Shown piece by piece: positions 37,549 through 47,222 of a DNA stretch of 64,000 nt. Origin of the DNA: Elusimicrobiota bacterium (GTDB lineage Bacteria > Elusimicrobiota > Elusimicrobia > Elusimicrobiales > Elusimicrobiaceae); assembly GCA_009778915.1 (NCBI GenBank), contig WRFH01000004.1, positions 37,390 to 101,389 on the forward strand. The letters are read 5' to 3'. Numbering within the stretch: position 1 is the first letter of the stretch; every line of letters starts with the position of its first letter. Position numbers and translations under genes: made by a program. The notes under the pieces were generated by a model. The model ran no database searches and had not been told where the DNA came from. It saw nothing but the letters and a program-made list of their open reading frames with translations.

Positions 37549-38226
37549 ATGAACGACTACACTAAAATGATAATAAAAAGCCCTCTTTTCAGAGGGATTT
37601 CCAAAAAAGAGACTGATTTTATCCTGTTTTACCTGAAACCGCAGATAAAAAAATATAAAAAAGGCGTTTATATAACCCTGGATGGAGAACCTGTCCGTGA
37701 GCTTATGCTGCTTTTGGAAGGCTCCGTGCGGATAGTAAAGGATGACATATCCGGCGCGCGCTCGTTTATGGCGCAATACCGGCCCGGTGATTATTTTCTG
37801 GAAGCGTTTGCCTGCATTGACGCAAAAAGCCCGGTCAGCAGCCAGACGGCAGCCGATTCTTTGGTCATGGCAATACCTTATAAAAATATCATCGATATGC
37901 CCCCGTCGGTAATTGAAACGCAGTGCAAAATACTTAAAAACCTGCTCGTTGTCGTCGGGAATAAAGCTTTGGCGGCGCACCGCCAGATTGAGCATGTCAG
38001 CAAGCCGGGCATAAGAAAAAAAATCATGTCCTACCTTTCGGCGCAGAAAAGCCGGGCGGGGAAAAAAGAGTTTATCATTCCGCTAAGCAAAACGGATTTG
38101 GCCGATTTTCTCTTCATAAACAGAAGCGCGATGACGAGAGAGCTTGCCGCGATGAGAAAAGAAAAACTGCTCAATTTCAAAGGCAGAAAATTTACGCTGC
38201 CGCCCGACATAAAATATAACAGGTAA
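37549..38226 (+). CDS. Crp/Fnr family transcriptional regulator
   Basis: cNMP-like domain (LLEGSV, GDYFLE) and HTH LADFLFINRSAMTREL. Confidence 0.9.
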   Translation: MNDYTKMIIKSPLFRGISKKETDFILFYLKPQIKKYKKGVYITLDGEPVRELMLLLEGSVRIVKDDISGARSFMAQYRPGDYFLEAFACIDAKSPVSSQTAADSLVMAIPYKNIIDMPPSVIETQCKILKNLLVVVGNKALAAHRQIEHVSKPGIRKKIMSYLSAQKSRAGKKEFIIPLSKTDLADFLFINRSAMTRELAAMRKEKLLNFKGRKFTLPPDIKYNR

Positions 38227-38255
38227 ACACGTCGGAAATATTATATATTATACCT

Positions 38256-38600
38256 ATGAAAAGAAGTTTAACTACCAATTTGTTCTTGGCGCTCTGCGTG
38301 CTTGTAGCCGCAAGCTACGTGTTTAAAACTTATTTTTCCGCGATAAAAGAGTTCGCGGCCCAGGTCCGTGTCGTGCAAATACCCGAACGCGATATAAACT
38401 CCGACGGCTCATCAAAAACAACCATGCATAACACCGATTTGTGGCAGGCAGCTATCGTCAAGTATATTAATCCGCTGAAAGCCGCTTTTAAAAAACTAAA
38501 AAACGATATTGTGCCGCAAAAAACAGGCAGCGTCATTATCGAGGGCGACCAGTGCGTAGTGCAAACCCAGAGCGGCAAAACAAAAGAATGTCCTAAATAA
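38256..38600 (+). CDS. Hypothetical exported protein
   Basis: N-terminal hydrophobic segment; fills the intergenic space. Confidence 0.6.
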   Translation: MKRSLTTNLFLALCVLVAASYVFKTYFSAIKEFAAQVRVVQIPERDINSDGSSKTTMHNTDLWQAAIVKYINPLKAAFKKLKNDIVPQKTGSVIIEGDQCVVQTQSGKTKECPK

Positions 38601-38736
38601 TTTTCTCCCCTTTTTAAGGGGAGTACCGCCGCAGGCGGGGAGAGGTTTTGAACCGCGCTACAAACTTTATAGCCGCCGGAGGGTAAAAACCCTTCCCCCG
38701 CTTCGCGGGTACTTCCCTTAAAAAGGGAAGAAAATT
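38599..38736. repeat. REP/MITE-like inverted pair of palindromic units
   Basis: TTTTCTCCCCTTTTTAAGGGGAGTACC... and ...GGTACTTCCCTTAAAAAGGGAAGAAAA. Confidence 0.7.
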
Positions 38737-38761
38737 ATATTCTGACAAAATTTAGTTTAAT

Positions 38762-38802
38762 AAAAAATCCCCGTAAGAAGAAATCTCTTACGGGGATTTT
38801 TT
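38762..38802 (-). terminator. groEL terminator (bidirectional)
   Basis: AAAAAATCCCCGTAAGA...TCTTACGGGGATTTTTT. Confidence 0.85.
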
Positions 38803-38817
38803 GTTAAAAAAACAACT

Positions 38818-40446
38818 TTACATCATGCCGCCCATACCGCCCATTCCTCCGGGCATCGGGTTTGCGCCTTTTTCTTCGGGCAAATCCGCGACCAGAGCTT
38901 CCGTCAAAAGGACAGTCGCCGCGATTGAGGCCGCGTTTTCCAGCGCTATGCGGACGACTTTCACGGCGTCAACGACGCCCGCTTTAAGCATGTCCGCGTA
39001 TTCGCCTTTCTCGGCGTCAAAGCCTTCGTTCTGTTTGGCTTTTTTGACGTTTTCGACGACAACAGCGCCGTCCAAACCGGCGTTCTCCGCTATTTGTTTA
39101 AGCGGCGAAGTTAAAGCTTTCTTTACAATATTGATACCGGTTTTAACGTCGTCATTGTCGACTTTCAAAGCGTCCAAAGCTTTTTCGCAGCGCGTCAAAG
39201 CGACTCCGCCGCCGGCGACAAGACCTTCTTCAACTCCCGCTTTTGTCGCGTTTTTCGCGTCTTCGACTTTGGCTTTTTTGGCTTTCATTTCGGTTTCCGT
39301 CGCCGCGCCTACGCTGATTACCGCGACGCCGCCGGACAGTTTGGCCAGCCGTTCCTGCAGTTTTTCTTTGTCGTAATCGGACGTGGAATTTTCAATTTGT
39401 TTTCTGATTTGCTCCGCGCGGGCGGAAATATTTTTCTTCTGGCCTTCGCCGTTGACGATGGTCGTGTTTTCTTTATCCACGACGACGCGCTTGGCCGAAC
39501 CAAGCATGTCAAGCGTCGCGTTTTCAAGTTTTAAACCTTTTTCTTCGGTAATAACCGTGCCGCCGGTAAGAACGGCGATATCTTCCAGCATTTCTTTGCG
39601 TCTGTCGCCGAAGCCGGGGGCTTTAACGGCGCAGCCTTTTAACGTGCCGCGCAGGCGGTTGACTACCAGAGTTGCCAGCGCTTCGCCGTCAACATCTTCG
39701 GCTATAATTAAGAAGTTGCGGCCGTTTTTGACAATGCCTTCCAAAAGCGGCAGAAGTTCGTTCATGGAAGAAACTTTTTTGTCCGTCAGAATAATCTGGC
39801 AGTCTTCCAAAACACATTCCATTCTTTCCGCGTCCGTCACAAAATAAGGCGAAATATAACCGCGGTCAAACTGCATCCCCTCGACGATATTAAGTTCCGT
39901 CGTCGCGGTTTTGCCCTCTTCAACAGTGATAACGCCCTCGTGCCCGACGCGCTCCATAGCTTCCGCTATCAATTCGCCGACGGTGCGGTCATTGGCGGAA
40001 ATCGTGGCGATTTGGGCTTTCTCTTCTTTGGTCTTGACGGGGCGCTGCATTTTGGCAAGCTCTGCTTTAACTGTTTCCACGGCCTGCTCAATGCCTCTTT
40101 TTATCATGGTCGGATTTGCGCCGGCGGTGATATTTTTAATGCCTTCGTTCAAAATAGCCTGCGTCAGAACGGTGGCCGTCGTCGTGCCGTCGCCGGCAAT
40201 GTCGTTGGTTTTGGACGCGACTTCGCGGATTAACTGCGCGCCCATGTTCTCAAATTTATCTTCAAGCTCAATCTCTTTGGCGATTGTCACGCCGTCGTCA
40301 ATAACCAGCGGGCTGCCAAATTTTTTTTCAAGCACCACGCTTCTCCCTTTGGGGCCCAGCGTAACGCCGACGGCTTTCGCCACTTTTTCAACCCCGGCTT
40401 TCATTTTAGCGCGGGCTTCGTCTCCGTATACAATCTGTTTTGCCAT
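38818..40446 (-). CDS. groL: Chaperonin GroEL
   Basis: [28 protein letters not shown] tail. Confidence 0.99.
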   Translation of the reverse strand: MAKQIVYGDEARAKMKAGVEKVAKAVGVTLGPKGRSVVLEKKFGSPLVIDDGVTIAKEIELEDKFENMGAQLIREVASKTNDIAGDGTTTATVLTQAILNEGIKNITAGANPTMIKRGIEQAVETVKAELAKMQRPVKTKEEKAQIATISANDRTVGELIAEAMERVGHEGVITVEEGKTATTELNIVEGMQFDRGYISPYFVTDAERMECVLEDCQIILTDKKVSSMNELLPLLEGIVKNGRNFLIIAEDVDGEALATLVVNRLRGTLKGCAVKAPGFGDRRKEMLEDIAVLTGGTVITEEKGLKLENATLDMLGSAKRVVVDKENTTIVNGEGQKKNISARAEQIRKQIENSTSDYDKEKLQERLAKLSGGVAVISVGAATETEMKAKKAKVEDAKNATKAGVEEGLVAGGGVALTRCEKALDALKVDNDDVKTGINIVKKALTSPLKQIAENAGLDGAVVVENVKKAKQNEGFDAEKGEYADMLKAGVVDAVKVVRIALENAASIAATVLLTEALVADLPEEKGANPMPGGMGGMGGMM

Positions 40447-40459
40447 AAAAAATTATCTC

Positions 40460-40753
40460 CTATTTAATAATACCCATGATGTCTTCCTGATGCATAATCA
40501 GGTAGTTTTTATCGTTAATTTTAACTTCGGTGCCGGAATATTTGCCGTACATGATTTTATCGCCTTTTTTAACGTCCATAGGCATGCGTTCGCCCTTTTC
40601 GTTTAATCTGCCCGGCCCGGCGGCGACTACTTCCCCCTCCACCGGTTTTTCTTTGGCGGTATCAGGTATGATGATGCCGCTTTTCATAACTTCACGCTCA
40701 ATGGGTTTGACTATAATTCTGTCCCCCAAAGGCACAATATTTATTTCTGCCAT
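40460..40753 (-). CDS. groS: Co-chaperonin GroES
   Basis: PLGDRI, SGIIIPDTAKEKP, GKYSGTEV; GGAGG SD before MAEIN. Confidence 0.98.
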   Translation of the reverse strand: MAEINIVPLGDRIIVKPIEREVMKSGIIIPDTAKEKPVEGEVVAAGPGRLNEKGERMPMDVKKGDKIMYGKYSGTEVKINDKNYLIMHQEDIMGIIK

Positions 40754-40847
40754 GTCCAAAACCTCCGTATTATTTTTAAATATTCTGGTTTTTACCGCGG
40801 GCAAACGTCCCCCCGGCTTATTCTTAATTTACAAAATTTGTTTATTA

Positions 40848-40874
40848 TTGTCAAACTTAGGCAAAGAGTGCTAA
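40848..40874 (-). promoter_or_regulatory. CIRCE-like HrcA operator overlapping the groES -35 box
   Basis: TTAGCACTC-N9-GTTTGACAA; TTGACA-17 bp-TAAATT follows. Confidence 0.75.
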
Positions 40875-40882
40875 TTTAGGAA

Positions 40883-41710
40883 CTAGAAAGAAAAAAACAT
40901 TTTTTTAAACCGCGCCCATTTCAGCGCCCAGTAGCCGGGTTCCGGCATTACTTTGATTATGACGGCGGAGATGTTGTCTTTACCGTCGTTGTCGTTGGCT
41001 TTGCGCACCAGCGCTTTGCAGACTTTTGAAGGACTGGTTTTGTCGGCTTTTTGCAGGTACTGCTTTATTTCCTCGTCGGACAATCCTTTGTTTACGCCGT
41101 CGGAACATAAAAATAAAATGTCGCCCGGCATTATCGTAAACTGCAAAATATCAAACTCAACGTCTTTTTTTATGCCCATGGCGCGCGTCAAAACGTTTTG
41201 CACGGCGGACTTTTCCGCCTGCACTTTTGTAAGCAGCCCGCGCTTTATATGTTCCGCCGCCAGAGAATGGTCCGTCGTAAGCTGCGTCAGCACGTCCATG
41301 CGCAAAAGATAGAGCCGCGTGTCGCCTATATGAATGACATACGCCTCATTCCCCTCTATCAGCACGCCGCTTAACGTGGTGCCCATGCTGCGGTACATCG
41401 CGTTTTCCTGCGCCAGTTTATAAATTGAATAATTGGCGTAGTCAGCCGCCATTAAAAGTTTTCTTTCAGTCTTGGACATTTCCGGCAGAAAATCTTTCGG
41501 AATAACAATCTGGCCGGAGTTCATTTTGGTAAGCGTTTCGACAAAAGAACTTATCGCGATATTGCTTGCCACTTCCCCCGCGCTGTGGCCGCCCATGCCG
41601 TCGGCCACCACGGCAAAACGCAAATCCGAAGATATATAAACCATATCTTCGTTTTTATCTCGTATCTTGCCGATATCGCTGTAAGCGGCAAAACTGAGCC
41701 TCAGCGTCAT
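40883..41710 (-). CDS. PP2C-type Ser/Thr phosphatase
   Basis: GKIRDKNED, VADGMGGH, MGTT, HIGDTR, LCSDG, DNIS. Confidence 0.95.
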   Translation of the reverse strand: MTLRLSFAAYSDIGKIRDKNEDMVYISSDLRFAVVADGMGGHSAGEVASNIAISSFVETLTKMNSGQIVIPKDFLPEMSKTERKLLMAADYANYSIYKLAQENAMYRSMGTTLSGVLIEGNEAYVIHIGDTRLYLLRMDVLTQLTTDHSLAAEHIKRGLLTKVQAEKSAVQNVLTRAMGIKKDVEFDILQFTIMPGDILFLCSDGVNKGLSDEEIKQYLQKADKTSPSKVCKALVRKANDNDGKDNISAVIIKVMPEPGYWALKWARFKKMFFSF

Positions 41711-43989
41711 AAATCACGTCTTAGAGTCATGTGTATTATAAAATAAATATTCGCAAAAATGAAAATCAGCAGCGCGCCGAATTTAAAAATAAAAGTATCC
41801 GGGTTATACTGCGCGGTCCTGTCAAAAGGAACAAAAACGGTCTGGTACCATATGGCGCGCATCATGCCTCTGTCCCCTTTTGAGAGGTAAATGCCGGCAA
41901 GGATTCTGAGAGGGTCCGTTTCCGGGGCTGGTCTCTCGCCGAAGCCGGGTTTTTCCGTCAAATCTTTAAGGTCGTTCGCCGCCGTCAGCAGGCTGGAGCC
42001 GAAATTCATGTCCAGCTGCACCAGTTTTCCGCCGGAGTCAACGGCCGGCGCGGATAATTTTTCCCCGTATTTCGCTATATAATCTTTAACCTCCGGCACT
42101 TCTTTTACCTGGGCGGCGGTAGCGTAAACTTTACCTGAAATCATATAGCCGAAAATGGAACACAGCGCCAGCACGAAAAGCATAAGCGGCAGCAGGCGGC
42201 TGAACGTAAAAGTACGCGGCAGCACGACCGCCACGGCTGAAACCGCCAGCAGAATGGCCGAATAATACAGCAGCGTGATAAGCGTCGTGTCAGCCGGCAT
42301 CACCTGCAGCGCGGCAAACTGCTTGCAGAAAAACAGCGTAAGCAAAATAGCGGCCGAGCACAAAATCCTCAGCGGCAGAACCTGCTTGCCGAACATTAAA
42401 GTTAACGACAGTATCACCCCTATAACCATATATATAAGCATGTAATCCTGCGCGAACATATTCATCAGCCCCGTCGAAAAAGCGCTTCCCCATCCGGCGT
42501 TTACGCCGAAAAAGCCGGCAAGATAAGAAAACGCGCACAGCGCGATAAAAGACAGCGCCGCCCGCGAGTACGCGTTCATGCAAGACATTATAAACAGCGC
42601 GAAAACGAGAGCGCCGGCGACTATGGTAAGCGTCACGTCCGCCATATAAGATTTGACGTCGAACAAAAACATAAACGCGTCAAAAAAGCCCGGCTGTCTG
42701 CCCGGTTCAAGAGTAGTCGCCACCGCGCCGCCGAACTTAACCACAAAAATCATGGCGATAAGCGTTACGATGAAAAATATAGGGATATGAAAGAAAAGTT
42801 TGGCCGCGACTTCCGATACTATCTTAAAATGGGTGTCTTTGTTTCTGACGGTTTTTACGGGGATGGGAGATGTCCTGGTTTCCAGCATTTCCTTACTTGA
42901 TTCCGTTTTGCTGTCGCGGCGTTTGCGGGAAACTTCTTCCTTAAAACCCTGCGAACCGATGACCGGCATAGCCACGCCGGCGTTTTCGCCTTGTTTAAGT
43001 TTTTGTATTTGCTCGTTTTCGGTGATGTGCCTGTAACGCATGCTCTCCGTCGCGGTATGCACTTTTTCGGCGCGGACGCGCAGCGGCGCCTCTCCGCCTA
43101 TGTCAAGCGACGTGCCGGAGCCCTGTTTTACGCGCAGCTGGTCCTCCGCCCGCATTTTTAAAATATAGTCTAAAGTTTCCTGCGCGCTCTGAAAGCGGTC
43201 CTCGGGTTTTTTGGCCATCAGTTTCTGGACGACAATCGTAATCCAAGGCGGCATGTCCCGTCTTATATCACTCGGGTTAGGAATAGGCTCGTTAATATGC
43301 TTCTGGATAATTTCCATAGAGGATTTGCCTCTGTAAGGGAACTGGCCGGTAAGCATAAAATAAAGCGTGGCGCCGGCGGAATAAAGGTCCGCCCGCACGT
43401 CGACGTCGCCGCCCAAAGCCTGCTCCGGCGAAATAAAATAAGCGGTGCCGGCCATCTCCGTGGTTCTGGTGACGTTTTTGTCCTTCTCCATTTTTTTGGC
43501 TATGCCGAAGTCAACTATTTTCGCTTCAAGTTTTTCGTTGATTAAAATGTTAGACGGTTTAATGTCGCGGTGTATAATGCCTTTCTCATGCGCGACGGCA
43601 AGGCCTTTGAGCACGTCCTGGAAAATATTTAAAATAAAACCGACAGGCAGGTTAGGGCGGCGGCGGATAATATTCGAAACGTTGTCGCCCGATATAAAAG
43701 ACATAATGATAAAATACAACCCGCGCTCGCGCCCGACGTTGTAAACGTTGACGATGTTCGGGTGGTCCAGCTCCGCGATGGCGCGGGCTTCCGTCAGGAA
43801 AAGGGAAACTGCTTTCTGGTCTTCCGCCAGCGACGGGCTTAAAATTTTAACGCAGACTATTCTGTCCAGCGCTTTGTGCTTTGCTTTATATACCGCGCCC
43901 ATGCCGCCGACGGCGATTTTCTCAAGGATTTCACAGCCGGCTATGGTGGTGCCGACCAACGGGTCCTTCATATCTTTTTGTTCTGGCAT
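41707..43989 (-). CDS. Hanks-type Ser/Thr kinase with multi-pass membrane C-terminus
   Basis: GGMGAVY, VKI, HRDIKPSN, DFG, SPEQ; many hydrophobic segments. Confidence 0.93.
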   Translation of the reverse strand: MPEQKDMKDPLVGTTIAGCEILEKIAVGGMGAVYKAKHKALDRIVCVKILSPSLAEDQKAVSLFLTEARAIAELDHPNIVNVYNVGRERGLYFIIMSFISGDNVSNIIRRRPNLPVGFILNIFQDVLKGLAVAHEKGIIHRDIKPSNILINEKLEAKIVDFGIAKKMEKDKNVTRTTEMAGTAYFISPEQALGGDVDVRADLYSAGATLYFMLTGQFPYRGKSSMEIIQKHINEPIPNPSDIRRDMPPWITIVVQKLMAKKPEDRFQSAQETLDYILKMRAEDQLRVKQGSGTSLDIGGEAPLRVRAEKVHTATESMRYRHITENEQIQKLKQGENAGVAMPVIGSQGFKEEVSRKRRDSKTESSKEMLETRTSPIPVKTVRNKDTHFKIVSEVAAKLFFHIPIFFIVTLIAMIFVVKFGGAVATTLEPGRQPGFFDAFMFLFDVKSYMADVTLTIVAGALVFALFIMSCMNAYSRAALSFIALCAFSYLAGFFGVNAGWGSAFSTGLMNMFAQDYMLIYMVIGVILSLTLMFGKQVLPLRILCSAAILLTLFFCKQFAALQVMPADTTLITLLYYSAILLAVSAVAVVLPRTFTFSRLLPLMLFVLALCSIFGYMISGKVYATAAQVKEVPEVKDYIAKYGEKLSAPAVDSGGKLVQLDMNFGSSLLTAANDLKDLTEKPGFGERPAPETDPLRILAGIYLSKGDRGMMRAIWYQTVFVPFDRTAQYNPDTFIFKFGALLIFIFANIYFIIHMTLRRDL

Positions 43990-44167
43990 TTTTTCACCCT
44001 TTCAGATGCGGAGTTGTAAAATATTTATCATTTTCATTATAACATAAGTTATACGCGCGCGTACCATACAATCAAAATATAATAAAGACGGTTTTCCGGG
44101 CGCATTTCCCATTCACGATAAAAAATTGTATAATCATAATATAATTTGCACAGAGGTAAATAAAAAA

Positions 44168-44548
44168 ATGAAAGAGAAAATACACCCGAAATACGAACCT
44201 GTTGAAGTTACCTGCGCGTGCGGCGCAAAATTTTTAACGCGTTCCACGATGAAAACCATTAAGCTGGACATTTGCTCGGAATGCCACCCGTTCTTCACCG
44301 GCAAACAGAAAGTGCTGGACACGGCGGGCAGAGTAGATAAATTTAACAAAAAATTCGCCGCCACCGAAGGCAAAGCCGTGGTAAGAAAAGCCAAAACGGA
44401 AGTCAAGGCCCAGGCCAAAATCAAAAAGCCGGTCAAGATTAAAAAAATTATAGTGGCCGGGGACGACAGAAAAGCGCCTCCCAAAAAATTGAAAAAAGAG
44501 GCGGCCAAAGAAGCAAAGAAAGCGGCCCCAAAAGAAGAAAAGAAATAA
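44168..44548 (+). CDS. rpmE: 50S ribosomal protein L31 (Zn-binding type) with basic C-terminal extension
   Basis: [33 protein letters not shown]. Confidence 0.96.
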   Translation: MKEKIHPKYEPVEVTCACGAKFLTRSTMKTIKLDICSECHPFFTGKQKVLDTAGRVDKFNKKFAATEGKAVVRKAKTEVKAQAKIKKPVKIKKIIVAGDDRKAPPKKLKKEAAKEAKKAAPKEEKK

Positions 44549-44562
44549 AATTTGTTGCAGAC

Positions 44563-44598
44563 AAACCCCCGCCGGAAGAAAATTCCGGCGGGGGTTTT
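44563..44598 (+). terminator. rpmE terminator
   Basis: AAACCCCCGCCGGAA...TTCCGGCGGGGGTTTT. Confidence 0.85.
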
Positions 44599-44606
44599 AT
44601 TGTATA

Positions 44607-44777
44607 TTTTCCCCTCTCCCCTCCGGGGGAGAGGGATAGGGTGAGGGGGTGTGTACACATCATGTACACAAATTATATCGCCGTAGAGCAAAAGCGGAAT
44701 AACTAATTTTATAACGGCTATATTTTGTGTACATTCCCCCTCACCCCGGCCCTCTCCCCCGGAGGGGAGAGGGAAAA
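44607..44777. repeat. BoxC/REP-like inverted pair forming a ~170-nt hairpin
   Basis: CCCCTCTCCCCTCCGGGGGAGAGGGATAGGGTGAGGGG and CCCCTCACCCCGGCCCTCTCCCCCGGAGGGGAGAGGG plus an inner IR. Confidence 0.8.
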
Positions 44778-44780
44778 TAA

Positions 44781-44810
44781 AAAAAGCCCGTCCTTTCGGA
44801 CGGGCTTTTT
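44781..44810 (-). terminator. ompA-like gene terminator
   Basis: AAAAAGCCCGTCC-tttc-GGACGGGCTTTTT. Confidence 0.85.
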
Positions 44811-44823
44811 GAAGTATTATATC

Positions 44824-45477
44824 TTATTGTTTATAATTCGCGGCGACTAAGTCTTTGTTGGCGGTGATGTTAAGCACCACGCGTCTGTTGGCCGCGCGGC
44901 CGTCAGCGGTGCTGTTGTCCGCGACCGGGTTATTCTGCCCGTAGCCGACGTAAGTCAGGCTGTAGGTTTTAACCTGGTTGGCAACCAGCTGGTTGTAAAC
45001 CGCTCTTGCTCTGTTCTCAGACAAAGTCTGGTTGAAAGCGGCGGTGCCGGTGGAATCGGTGTACCCTTCCACGACGATTATATTATAAGGATATTTCTTA
45101 AGCACTTTGCCGAGATTCCCTATGGTCGTGATAGCGTCCGAAGACAGAGTATAGCTGCCGGTGTTGAACAAAATATCGCCTTTCAAAACAACTTTAAGCG
45201 AGCCGTCCGGATTTTTCTGCACGTCGGCGATGGCGGCAAGTTCTTTGGCCTGGGCGTCAAAATAGTTGCCAATGCCCCCGCCCAAAGCAGCGCCCGCTAG
45301 ACCGCCTATGATAGCGCCGGTGGCGGATTTACCGCCGGTATTATTCGCTATTACAGCGCCGCCGATGGCGCCCACTGCGGCGCCCGCGCCCGCGCCGAGA
45401 TAAGTATTTGTGCTCGGCGTAGTGCACGCGCCGAGAGCCAACGCGCCGGAGATACAAACTAAAACTAATTTTTTCAT
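44824..45477 (-). CDS. OmpA-family lipoprotein with glycine zipper
   Basis: LGAC lipobox, Gly-zipper, GYTDSTG, NQTLSENRA, NRRV. Confidence 0.93.
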   Translation of the reverse strand: MKKLVLVCISGALALGACTTPSTNTYLGAGAGAAVGAIGGAVIANNTGGKSATGAIIGGLAGAALGGGIGNYFDAQAKELAAIADVQKNPDGSLKVVLKGDILFNTGSYTLSSDAITTIGNLGKVLKKYPYNIIVVEGYTDSTGTAAFNQTLSENRARAVYNQLVANQVKTYSLTYVGYGQNNPVADNSTADGRAANRRVVLNITANKDLVAANYKQ

Positions 45478-45583
45478 ACATCCTCCTGAGTTTGATTTCT
45501 TCTATATTTTACAAAAATTTTCGTTTAACAACATAAATATAACGCCGCCGTGACAAAATTATTGCATTTTGTATAATATAAAA

Positions 45584-46342
45584 ATGAATACTGTCTACCT
45601 TGGCTTAGCTATTACCGCGCTTGTCGTCCACATAATAATGAAATTAATGGCGGTCAAAGATAAACCGCCGAAATACGAAGTTAAACCTTTAAAAAACGAA
45701 ATTCCTGAAATTTCTTACAAACCGCCCGACGGCATGACGCCCTGCCTGGCCGCTTATATAATGAACCGCGGTTATGATAAGAAGATACTGAATATTTTAG
45801 TGGCGTACGCCGCCGTCAGAGATTTGGTGCGCGTCAAAGACAGCCTGTCATATGACGCGATGATTATTGAGACGTTAAGACCGTCAGAAGATTTTGAAAT
45901 CCTGCCGGAGATTGAAAAGAACGCTCTTTTTATTTTGCTTGGCGACAGATTTTTGCCGGGCAGAATTTTCAGGTTCGTACCTAAAGAAATTGAGGACTTT
46001 AACAGAATAAATGAATTTCTGGCCGAACGTCTGGAGCAGGCGTCTTATTTATATTTGCACGCGTTCAGCGATTTGCTGGGTTTTAAAAAATATTTGGAAG
46101 TAGGCGAATTTACGCGCCTGCCCGAAGCCACGCCTGAAGAAGCGCCGGCGCGTTTTATAGGCACGCGCGAAAACGCGCTTGAATACCTGCCGTACGCGCT
46201 GGCTTTCGGCCTGCAAAATAAATGGGCGGGGCTTATAAACTCCGAAGTAATTGACGGAAGCTACAGCGTTCTTTTGGCCGAGAACCAGAGGCACGCTTCC
46301 GCCCCGAGCGGAATTTCCGAATCTGATTTATACGATTTATGA
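45584..46342 (+). CDS. DUF2207-like membrane protein
   Basis: PPDGMTP, GFKKYL, YLPYALAFGLQNKW. Confidence 0.65.
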   Translation: MNTVYLGLAITALVVHIIMKLMAVKDKPPKYEVKPLKNEIPEISYKPPDGMTPCLAAYIMNRGYDKKILNILVAYAAVRDLVRVKDSLSYDAMIIETLRPSEDFEILPEIEKNALFILLGDRFLPGRIFRFVPKEIEDFNRINEFLAERLEQASYLYLHAFSDLLGFKKYLEVGEFTRLPEATPEEAPARFIGTRENALEYLPYALAFGLQNKWAGLINSEVIDGSYSVLLAENQRHASAPSGISESDLYDL

Positions 46343-46420
46343 CCTTAACTTTACAACGTAAAAATGTTTTAGTAAAATATATAAAGTTAAGTAAGTTCTG
46401 ACGGAACAAAAAAATTTTAT

Positions 46421-46495
46421 TCCCCGGTAGCTCAATGGTGGAGCATTCGACTGTTAATCGAAGGGCTGCTGGTTCGAGTCCAGCCCGGGGAGCCA
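46421..46495 (+). tRNA. tRNA-Asn(GTT)
   Basis: TCCCCGG/CCGGGGA acceptor, anticodon loop CTGTTAA, TTCGAGT, CCA. Confidence 0.97.
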
Positions 46496-46507
46496 TTTAA
46501 GACAACT

Positions 46508-46540
46508 AAACCCTTTGGCGATTTCATCAAAGGGTTTTTT
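46508..46540 (+). terminator. Terminator after tRNA-Asn
   Basis: AAACCCTTTG...CAAAGGGTTTTTT. Confidence 0.7.
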
Positions 46541-46613
46541 CGTCTTAAAATTTGGCTTTTTATTCTGTTCGGACTATCGTGTTTTAATCCGAAAATGTAT
46601 GGAGGAAACAACA

Positions 46614-47195
46614 ATGGAAAGAAAAATTTTTAAAGGACTTTTGTTTGAAGGACTTTGCCGGGAAAATTTTGAAACCGCCGTCGCCGTACAGCGCCAAATA
46701 TTCCCGCGGGAAGACGGAAAACAGAATTTTTTAGATTCCCTTAAAAACGGGCCGGCAAGAGGATACGGCGTCTGGCTTATAAAATTAAAAGACGAATGTA
46801 TAGGCGTTATCGGGCTGTACCATTATCCTGATTACCCCGAGGACGCGTGGGGCGGCTGGGGCGGCATTACGGAACAAAACAGAGGAAAAGGTTACGGCAC
46901 GGCGATGATGGATTTTATAGAAAATGAAGCCAAAGAGCGCGGTTTTAAAAATTTCCGCTTTTTTACCGACGATGTTGACAATAAAAACATCCTGAATATT
47001 TCTAAAAAACGCGGCGTGATGGTTGAATTATATTCTAATCCCGACGACTACTACGCGGCCGCCGTCGGAAACATTGTAATAGTCTCCAAAAGCCTGTCCG
47101 CCGAACCCGTGCAGCCGTGGGGCAATAAATATCTGGGCCTTAAAGAACTGGGAAAAAAGCAAAACGCTTTTAAACAAGAAGACGCGGCGCGTTGA
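46614..47195 (+). CDS. GNAT family acetyltransferase
   Basis: RGKGYGT acetyl-CoA motif; GGAGG SD. Confidence 0.8.
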   Translation: MERKIFKGLLFEGLCRENFETAVAVQRQIFPREDGKQNFLDSLKNGPARGYGVWLIKLKDECIGVIGLYHYPDYPEDAWGGWGGITEQNRGKGYGTAMMDFIENEAKERGFKNFRFFTDDVDNKNILNISKKRGVMVELYSNPDDYYAAAVGNIVIVSKSLSAEPVQPWGNKYLGLKELGKKQNAFKQEDAAR

Positions 47196-47222
47196 TATTT
47201 TTCTAAAGGACCGGTATCTCTT

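Noticed and set aside
38801-40606. Plus-strand ORFs over groEL/groES
   Set aside because: Typical antisense open frames of highly expressed genes.
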